A DNA stretch of 64,000 bases from Eledone cirrhosa (taxonomy: Eukaryota): the NCBI GenBank assembly GCA_964016885.1, contig OZ024761.1, positions 12,214,001-12,278,000 of the forward strand, given 5' to 3'. Shown here piece after piece: positions 26,815 through 40,993 of the stretch (position 1 is the stretch's first letter; each line of letters opens with the position of its first letter). Both the position numbers and the translations under genes were made by a program. The notes under the pieces are model-generated. The model was not told where the DNA came from. It ran no database searches and was given only the letters and a program-made list of their open reading frames with translations.

Positions 26815-29800
26815 ATTTCATTATTGTTATTAATGGCATCCGTCGGTCTAGAAAGACCATGGAATTTCGCCAGAAGAATTGTGTGTCACCTGTTGATAGC
26901 TGTACAGTGTCTGGTACTCCTCTGGTACTACTGGGGCTGTACAGGCCCACACAGGAGTGGCAGTCCTGTCTACAGAGACTACATTGGTAGATACTCTCCT
27001 CTGGTACTACTGTGGCTGTACAGGCCCACACAGGAATGGCAGTCCTGTCTACAGAGACTACATTGGTAGATACTCTCCTCTGGTACTACTGGGGCTGTAC
27101 AGGCCCACACAGGAATGGCAGTCCTGTCTACAGAGACTACATTGGTAGATACTCTCCTCTGGTACTACTGGGGCTGTACAGGCCCACACAGGAATGGCAG
27201 TCCTGTCTACAGAGACTACATTGGTAGATACTCTCCTCTGGTACTACTGGGGCTGTACAGGCCCACACAGGAGTGGCAGCCCTGTATACAGAGACTACAT
27301 TGGTAGATACTCTCCTCTGGTACTACTGGGGCTGTACAGGCCCACACAGGAGTGGCAGCCCTGTATACAGAGACTACATTGGTAGATACTCTCCTCTGGT
27401 ACTACTGGGGCTGTACAGACCCACACAGGAGTGGCAGCCCTGTCTACAGAGACTACATTGGTAGATACTCTCCTCTGGTACTACTGGGGCTGTACAGGCC
27501 CACACAGGAGTGGCAGTCCTGTCTACAGAGACTACATTGGTAGATACTCTCCTCTGGTACTACTGGGGCTGTACAGGCCCACACAGGAATGGCAGTCCTG
27601 TCTACAGAGACTACATTGGTAGATACTCTCCTCTGGTACTACTGGGGCTGTACAGGCCCACACAGGAATGGCAGTCCTGTCTACAGAGACTACATTGGTA
27701 GATACTCTCCTCTGGTACTACTGTAGCTGTACAGACCCACACAGGAATGGCAGTCCTGTCTACAGAGACTACATTGGTAGATACTCTCCTCTGGTACTAC
27801 TGGGGCTCTACAGACCCACATAGGAGTGGCAGTCTTGTCTACAGAGACTACATTGGTAGATACTCTCCTCTGGTACTACTGTAGCTGTACAGACTCACAC
27901 AGGAGTGGCAGCCCTGTATACAGAGACTACATTGGTAGATACTCTCCTCTGGTACTACTGTGGCTGTACAGGCCTTCACTGGAGTGGCAGTCCTGTCTAC
28001 AGAGACTACATTGGTAGATACTCTCCTCTGGTACTACTGTAGCTGTACAGACCCACACAGGAGTTGCAGCCCTGTATACAGAGAGTACATTGCTAGATAC
28101 TCTCCTCTGGTACTACTGGGGCTGTACAGGCCTTCACTGGAGTGGCAGTCCTGTCTACAGAGACTACATTGGTAGATACTCTCCTCTGGTACTACTGGGG
28201 CTGTACAGACCCACATAGGAGTGGCAGTCCTGTCTACAGAGACTACATTGGTAGATACTCTCCTCTGGTACTACTGGGGCTGTACAGGCCCACACAGGAG
28301 TGGCAGCCCTGTATACAGAGACTACATTGGTAGATACTCTCCTCTGGTACTACTGTGGCTGTACAGACCCACATAGGAGTGGCAGTCCTGTCTACAGACA
28401 CTACATTGGTAGATACTCTCCTCTGGTACTACTGGGGCTGTACAGGCCTTCACTGGAGTGGCAGCCCTGTATACAAAGACTACATTGGTAGATACTCTCC
28501 TCTGGTACTACTGGGGCTGTACAGGCCCACACAGGAATGGCAGTCCTGTATACAAAGACTACATTGGTAGATACTCTCCTCTGGTACTACTGGGGCTGTA
28601 CAGACCCACACAGAAATGGCAGTCCTGTATACAAAGACTACATTGGTAGATACTCTCCTCTGGTACTACTGTAGCTGTACCGACCCACACAGGAGTGGCA
28701 GTCCTGTATACAGAGACTACATTGGTAGATACTCTCCTCTGGTACTACTGTAGCTGTACAGACCCACACAGGAGTGGCAGTCCTGTATACAGAGACTACA
28801 TTGGTACATACTCTCCTCTGGTTCTACTGTGGCTGTACAGACCCACACAGGAGTGGCAGCCCTGTCTACAGAGACTACATTGGTAGATACTCTCCTCTGG
28901 TACTACTGTAGCTGTACAGGCCCACACAGGAATGGCAGTCCTGTATACAGAGACTACATTGGTAGATACTCTCCTCTGGTACTACTGTAGCTGTACAGGC
29001 CCACACAGGAATGGCAGTCCTGTCTACAGAGACTACATTGGTAGATACTCTCCTCTGGTACTACTGTGGCTGTACAGATCCACACAGGAATGGCAGTCCT
29101 GTTTACAGAGACTACATTGGTAGATACTCTCCTCTGGTACTACTGGGGCTGTACAGACCCACATAGGAGTGGCAGTCCTGTCTACAGAGACTACATTGGT
29201 AGATACTCTCCTCTAGTACTACTGTGGCTGTACAGGCCCACACAGGAGTGGCAGCCCTGTATACAGAGACTACATTGGTAGATACTCTCCTCTGGTACTA
29301 CTGGGGCTGTACAGACCCACATAGGAGTGGCAGTCCTGTATACAGAGACTACATTGGTAGATACTCTCCTCTGGTACTACTGGGGCTCTACAGACCCACA
29401 TAGGAGTGGCAGTCTTGTCTACAGAGACTACATTGGTAGATACTCTCCTCTGGTACTACTGGGGCTCTACAGACCCACATAGGAGTGGCAGTCCTGTCTA
29501 CAGAGACTACATTGGTAGATACTCTCCTCTAGTACTACTGTGGCTGTACAGGCCCACACAGGAGTGGCAGCCCTGTATACAGAGACTACATTGGTAGATA
29601 CTCTCCTCTGGTACTACTGGGGCTCTACAGACCCACATAGGAGTGGCAGTCTTGTCTACAGAGACTACATTGGTAGATACTCTCCTCTGGTACTACTGTG
29701 GCTGTACAGACCCACATAGGAGTGGCAGTCCTGTCTACAGAGACTACATTGGTAGATACTCTCCTCTAGTACTACTGTGGCTGTACAGACCCACACAGGA

Positions 29801-32800
29801 GTGGCAGTCCTGTCTACAGAGACTACATTGGTAGATACTCTCCTCTGGTACTACTGTGGCTGTACAGGCCCACACAGGAGTGGCAGTCCTGTCTACAGAG
29901 ACTACATTGGTAGATACTCTCCTCTAGTACTACTGGGGCTGTACAGGCCCACACAGGAGTGGCAGCCCTGTATACAGAGACTACATTGGTAGATACTCTC
30001 CTCTAGTACTACTGTGGCTGTACAGGCCTTCACTGGAGTGGCAGTCCTGTATACAGAGACTACATTGGTAGATACTCTCCTCTGGTACTACTGGGGCTGT
30101 ACAGACCCACACAGGAGTGGCAGCCCTGTATACAGAGACTACATTGGTAGATACTCTCCTCTGGTACTACTGGGGCTGTACAGACCCACACAGGAGTGGC
30201 AGCCCTGTATACAGAGACTACATTGGTAGATACTCTCCTCTGGTACTACTGGGGCTGTACAGACCCACACAGGAGTGGCAGCCCTGTATACAGAGACTAC
30301 ATTGGTAGATACTCTCCTCTGGTACTACTGTAGCTGTACAGACCCACACAGCAGTGGCAGTCCTGTATACAGAGACTACATTGGTAGATACTCTCCTCTG
30401 GTACTACTGTAGCTTTACAGACCCACACAGGAGTGGCAGTCCTGTCTACAGAGACTACAATGGTAGATACTCTCCTCTGGTACTACTGTGGCTGTACAGA
30501 TCCACACAGGAATGGCAGTCCTGTATACAGAGACTACATTGGTAGATACTCTCCTCTAGTACTACTGTAGCTGTACAGACTCCACAGGAGTGTCAGTCTT
30601 GTCTACAGAGACTACATTGGTAGATACTCTCCTCTAGTACTACTGGGGCTGTACAGACCCACACAGGAATGGCAGTCCTGTCTACAGAGACTACATTGGT
30701 AGATACTCTCCTCTGGTACTACTGGGGCTGTACAGACCCACACAGGAATGGCAGTCCTGTCTACAGAGACTACATTTGTAGATACTCTCCTCTGGTACTA
30801 CTGTAGCTGTACAGACCCACACAGGAGTGGCAGCCCTGTATACAGAGACTACATTGGTAGATACTCTCCTCTGGTACTACAGGGGCTCTACAGACCCACA
30901 CAGGAGTGGCAGCCCTGTATACAGAGACTACATTGGTAGATACTCTCCTCTGGTACTACTGTAGCTGTACAGACCCACACAGGAGTGGCAGTCCTGTCTA
31001 CAGAGACTACATTGGTAGATACTCTCCTCTGGTACTACTGTGGCTGTACAGGCCCACACAGGAATGGCAGACCTGTCTACAGAGACTACATTGGTAGATA
31101 CTCTCCTCTGGTACTACTGTGGCTGTACAGACCCACATAGGAGTGGCAGTCCTGTCTACAGAGACTACATTGGTAGATACTCTCCTCTGGTACTACTGGG
31201 GCTGTACAGACCCACACAGGAGTGGCAGCCCTGTATACAGAGACTACATTGGTAGATACTCTCCTCTGGTACTACTGGGGCTGTACAGGCCTTCACTGGA
31301 GTGGCAGTCCTGTCTACAGAGACTACATTGGTAGATACTCTCCTCTGGTACTACTGGGGCTGTACAGACCCACACAGGAGTGGCAGTCTTGTCTACAGAG
31401 ACTACATTGGTAGATACTCTCCTCTGGTACTACTGGGGCTGTACAGACCCACACAGGAATGGCAGTCTTGTCTACAGAGACTACATTGGTAGATACTCTC
31501 CTCTGGTACTACTGGGGCTGTACAGACCCACACAGGAGTGGCAGTCCTGTCTACAGAGACTACATTGGTAGATACTCTCCTCTGGTACTACTGGGGCTGT
31601 ACAGACCCACACAGGAGTGGCAGTCTTGTCTACAGAGACTACATTGGTAGATACTCTCCTCTGGTACTACTGGGGCTGTACAGACCCACACAGGAATGGC
31701 AGTCTTGTCTACAGAGACTACATTGGTAGATACTCTCCTCTGGTACTACTGGGGCTGTACAGACCCACACAGGAGTGGCAGTCCTGTCTACAGAGACTAC
31801 ATTGGTAGATACTCTCCTCTAGTACTACTGTGGCTGTACAGACCCACACAGGAGTGGCAGTCTTGTCTACAGAGACTACATTGGTAGATACTCTCCTCTG
31901 GTACTACTGGGGCTGTACAGACCCACACAGGAGTGGCAGTCCTGTCTACAGAGACTACATTGGTAGATACTCTCCTCTGGTACTACTGGGGCTGTACAGA
32001 CCCACATAGGAGTGGCAGTCCTGTCTACAGAGACTACATTGGTAGATACTCTCCTCTGGTACTACTGTAGCTGTACAGGCCCACACAGGAATGGCAGTCT
32101 TGTCTACAGAGACTACATTGGTAGATACTCTCCTCTGGTACTACTGTAGCTGTACAGGCCCACACAGGAATGGCAGTCTTGTCTACAGAGACTACATTGG
32201 TACATACTCTCCTCTGGTACTACTGTAGCTGTACAGACCCACACAGGAGTGGCAGTCCTGTATACAGAGACTACATTGGTAGATACTCTCCTCTGGTACT
32301 ACTGGGGCTGTACAGACCCACACAGGAGTGGCAGCCCTGTATACAGAGACTACATTGGTAGATACTCTCCTCTGGTACTACTGGGGCTGTACAGACCCAC
32401 ACAGGAGTGGCAGCCCTGTATACAGAGATTACATTGGTAGATACTCTCCTCTGGTACTACTGGGGCTGTACAGACCCACATAGGAGTGGCAGTCCTGTCT
32501 ACAGAGACTACATTGGTAGATACTCTCCTCTGGTACTACTGTGGCTGTACAGGCCCACACTGGAGTGGCAGTCCTGTCTACAGAGACTACATTGGTAGAT
32601 ACTCTCCTCTGGTACTACTGGGGCTGTACAGACCCACATAGGAGTGGCAGTCCTGTCTACAGAGACTACATTGGTAGATACTCTCCTCTAGTACTACTGT
32701 GGCTGTACAGGCCCACACAGGAGTGGCAGCCCTGTATACAGAGACTACATTGGTAGATACTCTCCTCTGGTACTACTGGGGCTGTACAGACCCACATAGG

Positions 32801-34686
32801 AGTGGCAGTCCTGTATACAGAGACTACATTGGTAGATACTCTCCTCTGGTACTACTGGGGCTCTACAGACCCACATAGGAGTGGCAGTCTTGTCTACAGA
32901 GACTACATTGGTAGATACTCTCCTCTGGTACTACTGGGGCTCTACAGACCCACATAGGAGTGGCAGTCCTGTCTACAGAGACTACATTGGTAGATACTCT
33001 CCTCTAGTACTACTGTGGCTGTACAGGCCCACACAGGAGTGGCAGCCCTGTATACAGAGACTACATTGGTAGATACTCTCCTCTGGTACTACTGGGGCTC
33101 TACAGACCCACATAGGAGTGGCAGTCTTGTCTACAGAGACTACATTGGTAGATACTCTCCTCTGGTACTACTGTGGCTGTACAGACCCACATAGGAGTGG
33201 CAGTCCTGTCTACAGAGACTACATTGGTAGATACTCTCCTCTAGTACTACTGTGGCTGTACAGGCCCACACAGGAGTGGCAGTCCTGTCTACAGAGACTA
33301 CATTGGTAGATACTCTCCTCTAGTACTACTGGGGCTGTACAGGCCCACACAGGAGTGGCAGCCCTGTATACAGAGACTACATTGGTAGATACTCTCCTCT
33401 AGTACTACTGTGGCTGTACAGGCCTTCACTGGAGTGGCAGTCCTGTATACAGAGACTACATTGGTAGATACTCTCCTCTGGTACTACTGGGGCTGTACAG
33501 ACCCACACAGGAGTGGCAGCCCTGTATACAGAGACTACATTGGTAGATACTCTCCTCTGGTACTACTGGGGCTGTACAGACCCACACAGGAGTGGCAGCC
33601 CTGTATACAGAGACTACATTGGTAGATACTCTCCTCTGGTACTACTGGGGCTGTACAGACCCACACAGGAGTGGCAGCCCTGTATACAGAGACTACATTG
33701 GTAGATACTCTCCTCTGGTACTACTGTAGCTGTACAGACCCACACAGGAGTGGCAGTCCTGTATACAGAGACTACATTGGTAGATACTCTCCTCTGGTAC
33801 TACTGTAGCTGTACAGACCCACACAGGAGTGGCAGTCCTGTATACAGAGACTACATTGGTAGATACTCTCCTCTGGTACTACTGTAGCTTTACAGACCCA
33901 CACAGGAATGGCAGTCCTGTATACAGAGACTACATTTGTAGATACTCTCCTCTGGTACTACTGGGGCTGTACAGACCCACACAGGAATGGCAGTCCTGTC
34001 TACAGAGACTACATTGGTAGATACTCTCCTCTGGTACTACTGTAGCTGTACAGACCCACACAGGAATGGCAGTCCTGTATACAGAGACTACATTGGTAGA
34101 TACTCTCCTCTAGTACTACTGTGGCTGTACAGATCCACACAGGAGTGGCAGTCCTGTCTACAGAGACTACATTGGTAGATACTCTCCTCTGGTACTATTG
34201 GGGCTGTACAGGCCCACACAGGAATGGCAGTCCTGTCTACAGAGACTACATTGGTAGATACTCTCCTCTAGTACTACTGTAGCTGTACAGACTCCACAGG
34301 AGTGGCAGTCTTGTCTACAGAGACTACATTGGTAGATACTCTCCTCTAGTACTACTGGGGCTGTACAGACCCACACAGGAGTGGCAGTCCTGTCTACAGA
34401 GACTACATTTGTAGATACTCTCCTCTAGTACTACTCTAGCTGTACAGATCCACACAGGAGTGGCAGTCCTGTATACAAAGACTACATTGGTAGATACTCT
34501 GCTCTGGTACTACTGTAGCTGTACCGACCCACATAGGAGTGGCAGTCCTGTCTACAGAGACTACATTTGTAACTGTGTTGTTCTTTTTTCGAGCACTGTT
34601 TTCCTCGGAGGCAAGTTTCAGTTTCTCCTCCCCTCACTTTATCCCCTTGCGCAATACTCGTCTCCATCGTGGTCGATCTTTAGTGA
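26815..34686 (-). mobile_element. 3' remnant of an RTE-BovB-like LINE split by the 79-bp satellite
   Basis: The right flank translates KDRPRWRRVLRKGIK*GEEKLKLASEE and then YKCSLCRQDCHS. The left flank ends SMVFLDRRMP followed by an AAT-rich tail. Confidence 0.7.
26915..34570 (+). repeat. 79-bp satellite, about 97 copies
   Basis: Unit CTCTCCTCTGGTACTACTGGGGCTGTACAGGCCCACACAGGAGTGGCAGTCCTGTCTACAGAGACTACATTGGTAGATA. The ORF track repeats every 79 nt. Confidence 0.97.
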
Positions 34687-34743
34687 CCCACACACACACA
34701 CACACACATACACACACACACACATACACACACACACACACAT

Positions 34744-34781
<38 letters not shown>

Positions 34782-34782
34782 C

Positions 34783-34930
34783 AGATAACGTGTGGTAAAA
34801 ACCAGGTAGAGCATAACATACCAGAGTACTCGATACTTGGAATAGTAGAGTGGGTAATATGAAAAGAATGAGGACCCTGACGGCTGAGCCCCGCCCGTTT
34901 CGAAACGGCCGGAGCTCAGCCGTCGGGGTC
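34783..34930 (-). mobile_element. Fold-back PLE-like mini-insert (family B relative)
   Basis: Tail homologous to 24808-24886. Imperfect hairpin 34873-34930 centred on TTTCGAAA, with GAAACGG...CCGTC^ on both strands. Confidence 0.6.
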
Positions 34931-35024
34931 CACAACACTGATAAAAACAGATACTCAAGTTTTGTTGGGTTCTGGGCCCCAATTCATTCAGCCTGTTATG
35001 AGAAAAATAAAAACAAATATATAC

Positions 35025-35062
<38 letters not shown>

Positions 35063-35109
35063 AAAATTAAATTAAGGGTGTCATGTCTGAGAGACATGCG
35101 CCATATTTT

Positions 35110-35205
<96 letters not shown>

Positions 35206-35222
35206 CATATATATATATATAT

Positions 35223-35291
35223 ATATTTCGTTTCTGAATTTGTTTAGCAAGATTCTTTATCTGAAAACGTGTGTTGAAACCGATATTGTTA
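35223..35291 (-). mobile_element. Solo terminal fragment of the large PLE, in (TA)n
   Basis: Matches 4443-4511 with one mismatch. Confidence 0.9.
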
Positions 35292-35323
35292 TGTATATAT
35301 ATATATATATATATATGCATGCA

Positions 35324-35376
<53 letters not shown>

Positions 35377-35477
35377 ATATATACTAAACGTTTAGCAAAT
35401 AGAGAAAAAGTTTTAAAATAAATTTTAAAAAGTTTACTGTACCTACTATATTTACCCTTACCGCGCGGTTTCAATAT

Positions 35478-35531
<54 letters not shown>

Positions 35532-35612
35532 GTTATTCCGGGTTGAATCGGAGGTAACCACAGTAAGTAAGGTACTCAATACATAGCAGAGTATAATAGT
35601 TTTAATATAGAA

Positions 35613-35665
35613 GAGATTCTACAGGACTAGAACTGTTTCATTCATTAGAAATCATCAGGAATCTC
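35613..35665 (-). ncRNA. Type-I hammerhead ribozyme (family C)
   Basis: Exact reverse complement of 35668-35720. Confidence 0.75.
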
Positions 35666-35667
35666 AG

Positions 35668-35720
35668 GAGATTCCTGATGATTTCTAATGAATGAAACAG
35701 TTCTAGTCCTGTAGAATCTC
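35668..35720 (+). ncRNA. Type-I hammerhead ribozyme (family C)
   Basis: GAGATTC-CTGATGA-t TTC taat GAA t-GAAA-CAG ttctagtc CTG-TA^GAATCTC, with a 7-bp stem I and GUA cleavage triplet. Confidence 0.78.
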
Positions 35721-35731
35721 TTCTATATTAA

Positions 35732-35772
<41 letters not shown>

Positions 35773-35851
35773 AAGTTATATTTAAAATTGTTGGGTTACA
35801 ACTAGTAAATATTTATAACTGTATTACACCTGTGTTACACCTCTGTTCTTT

Positions 35852-35891
<40 letters not shown>

Positions 35892-35921
35892 AAAGAACAG
35901 AGGTGTAACACACAAGTTATG

Positions 35922-36252
35922 ATATATTAGTAAACGGAAAAGAAAATGCTGACAAATTGTTCACAGTGAAAAATAGTTTAAATAGGAATAAGTGAGAATT
36001 AGTAATAGTATTGGTTAGTATTCAGTTTTGGTTTTAAGTTTTACCGGTTGCGCATTTCTAATGCTTTTCAAAAATAATTTTGAGATAGAGCGTCCGTGAT
36101 GTTTGCTCTAATCTGAAAAGCATTAGAAATGCGAACCGGTAAAACTTAAAACCAAAACTGAATACTAACCTATACTATTACTAATTCTCACTTATTCCTA
36201 TTTAAACTATTTTTCACTGTGAACAATTTGTCAGCATTTTCTTTTCCGTTTA

Positions 36253-36260
<8 letters not shown>
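35922..36260. mobile_element. Fold-back insert with ~150-bp arms and a degenerate hammerhead-like motif at the inner ends
   Basis: Arms ~35922-36070 and ~36113-36260. Inner motif is CTGAAAA-GCAT tagaa ATGC-GAA-CCGG-TA. Confidence 0.55.
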
Positions 36261-36318
<58 letters not shown>

Positions 36319-36434
36319 AATATATATAGGTATCTATCTATATATATAGGTATCTATCTATATATATATATATCTGACTATCTATATATCTATATATAGA
36401 TCTGACTATCTATCTATCTATCTATGTATCAGTC

Positions 36435-37060
36435 GTGATTGGGCCTTCTCTGTTTATAAGCCTGTGGGTTGAAGAAGAAAGCAAAGGGAAGAAAGGAGCA
36501 CTTGCACAACACGCTCCTGGAGTTGAGGGTTGTTCTATCTACGGGGTATTAAACAACCCATTTGTGACGCCTCCCCCTATTGGGGATTTCAATTGTTAAA
36601 TTTGTTTGTTTCACTATTTTTACACGACTGTATGTAAAATCCCCGGCATGTGTCTTTGTTTTGTCCCCTTTTCTTGTGCGCTCTTGTGGCTAATAAAGAA
36701 ATATCTATCTCTATCTATCTGAGAGAGGCACTGCACCCCAGTAAATTTACTAAAAGGTGGGTGAATGAAGCGAAAATGGCCCGAGTGATTGGGTCTTCTC
36801 TGTTTATAAACCTGTAGGTTGAGGAAGAGAGCAAAAGGGAGAAAGGAGCACTTGCACAACACGCTCCTCGAGTTGAGGGTTGTTCTATCGACGGGGTATT
36901 AAACAACCCATTTGTGGCACCTCCCCCCTATTGGGGATTTCGATTGTTGTAATTGTTTGTTTTTATATTTTTTACACGACTGTATGTAAAATCCCCGGCA
37001 TGTCTTTGTATTGTCCCCTTGTCTTGTGCGCCCTTGTGGCAAATAAAGAAATATATCTCT
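36435..37060 (+). repeat. Two diverged ~280-bp direct copies (36435-36720 and 36784-37060), each ending in AATAAA and a (TATC)n tail; probable retroposon 3' ends
   Basis: Alignable by eye. Both end ...cttgtggc(t/a)aataaagaaatat. Confidence 0.7.
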
Positions 37061-37447
37061 CTATCTATCTATATATCTATCTATCTATCTATCTATAAAG
37101 AAATATATCTCTCTATCTATCTATATATCTATCTATCTATCTATCTATAAAGAAATATATCTCTCTATGTGTCTGTCTGTCCACATTCTCTTATATCAAC
37201 CCAGATATCTATACTCAGTATTGCGGGCCTTCGTTCGTTCGTTTCTCGACTCCCTTCCAAAGAAGGGTGAACGGGTACGTGAGAAACTGATAGGGTGGTG
37301 GTGTGGTGTCTGGCGGGGTGGATTCCATCAGATATTCCAGAACTGCTGCAGGTTTGTGGTCAGGTTTTGGGAATTGTGTCGTCGTCATATTTTCATCTAC
37401 AAACTATATGGTGTGAACCTACAGCAGTGGAATGCTCAATATTCCCA

Positions 37448-39318
<1,871 letters not shown>

Positions 39319-39420
39319 TGCTGAAGCTACTGTATGAGGAGGTGAGAGGTGGGGGAAATATCTAAAAAAAACCACACAGAAGTCATTATAGTTATGCAAG
39401 AATTTCCTTCATATTTTTCA

Positions 39421-39692
39421 TTAACTGTTTCTACTTTAGGCACAAGGCCAGCAATTACCCAGTGCATTACTGGTACTTTATTTTATCGACCCCGTAAGGA
39501 TGAAAGGCAAAGTCAACCTCGGTGGGATTTGAACTCAGATCGTAAAGGGACGTAACTCTAAGCTGGAAAGCATGGCGTGAGACCCTCTACCGATACTGCC
39601 AATTCACCATATTTTTCATTAATTGTTTCTACTTTTGGCACAAGGCCAGCAATTACCCAGTGCATTACTGGTACTTTATTTTATCGACCCCG
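39421..39692 (-). mobile_element. Family-1 SINE plus a partial tandem copy
   Basis: Reverse complement of 4024-4212, with a second partial copy at 39618-39692. Confidence 0.85.
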
Positions 39693-39771
39693 CTAAATAG
39701 AAATATGTGTGTGTGTGTATATATATATGTATATATATATATATCCCTATATATATATATATATATATATA

Positions 39772-40966
<1,195 letters not shown>

Positions 40967-40993
40967 ATCATCATCATCATCATCATCATCATT

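Larger units (their letters stand above)
35531..35736. mobile_element. Fold-back PLE-like mini-insert (family C) with two complete divergent hammerheads
   Basis: Tail 35531-35596, then perfect inverted arms separated by a 2-nt spacer at 35666-35667. Confidence 0.8.

Noticed and set aside
26915-34570. CRISPR-like array, or a multi-zinc-finger gene
   Set aside because: The units are contiguous with no unique spacers. The 79-bp period shifts frame and introduces stops, so no long ORF exists.
35834-35910. Palindrome ttacacctctgttcttttaaa-(TA)n-tttaaaagaacagaggtgtaa as a separate element
   Set aside because: Short arms around a TA run with no other copy or motif; I cannot distinguish it from a local inversion by-product.
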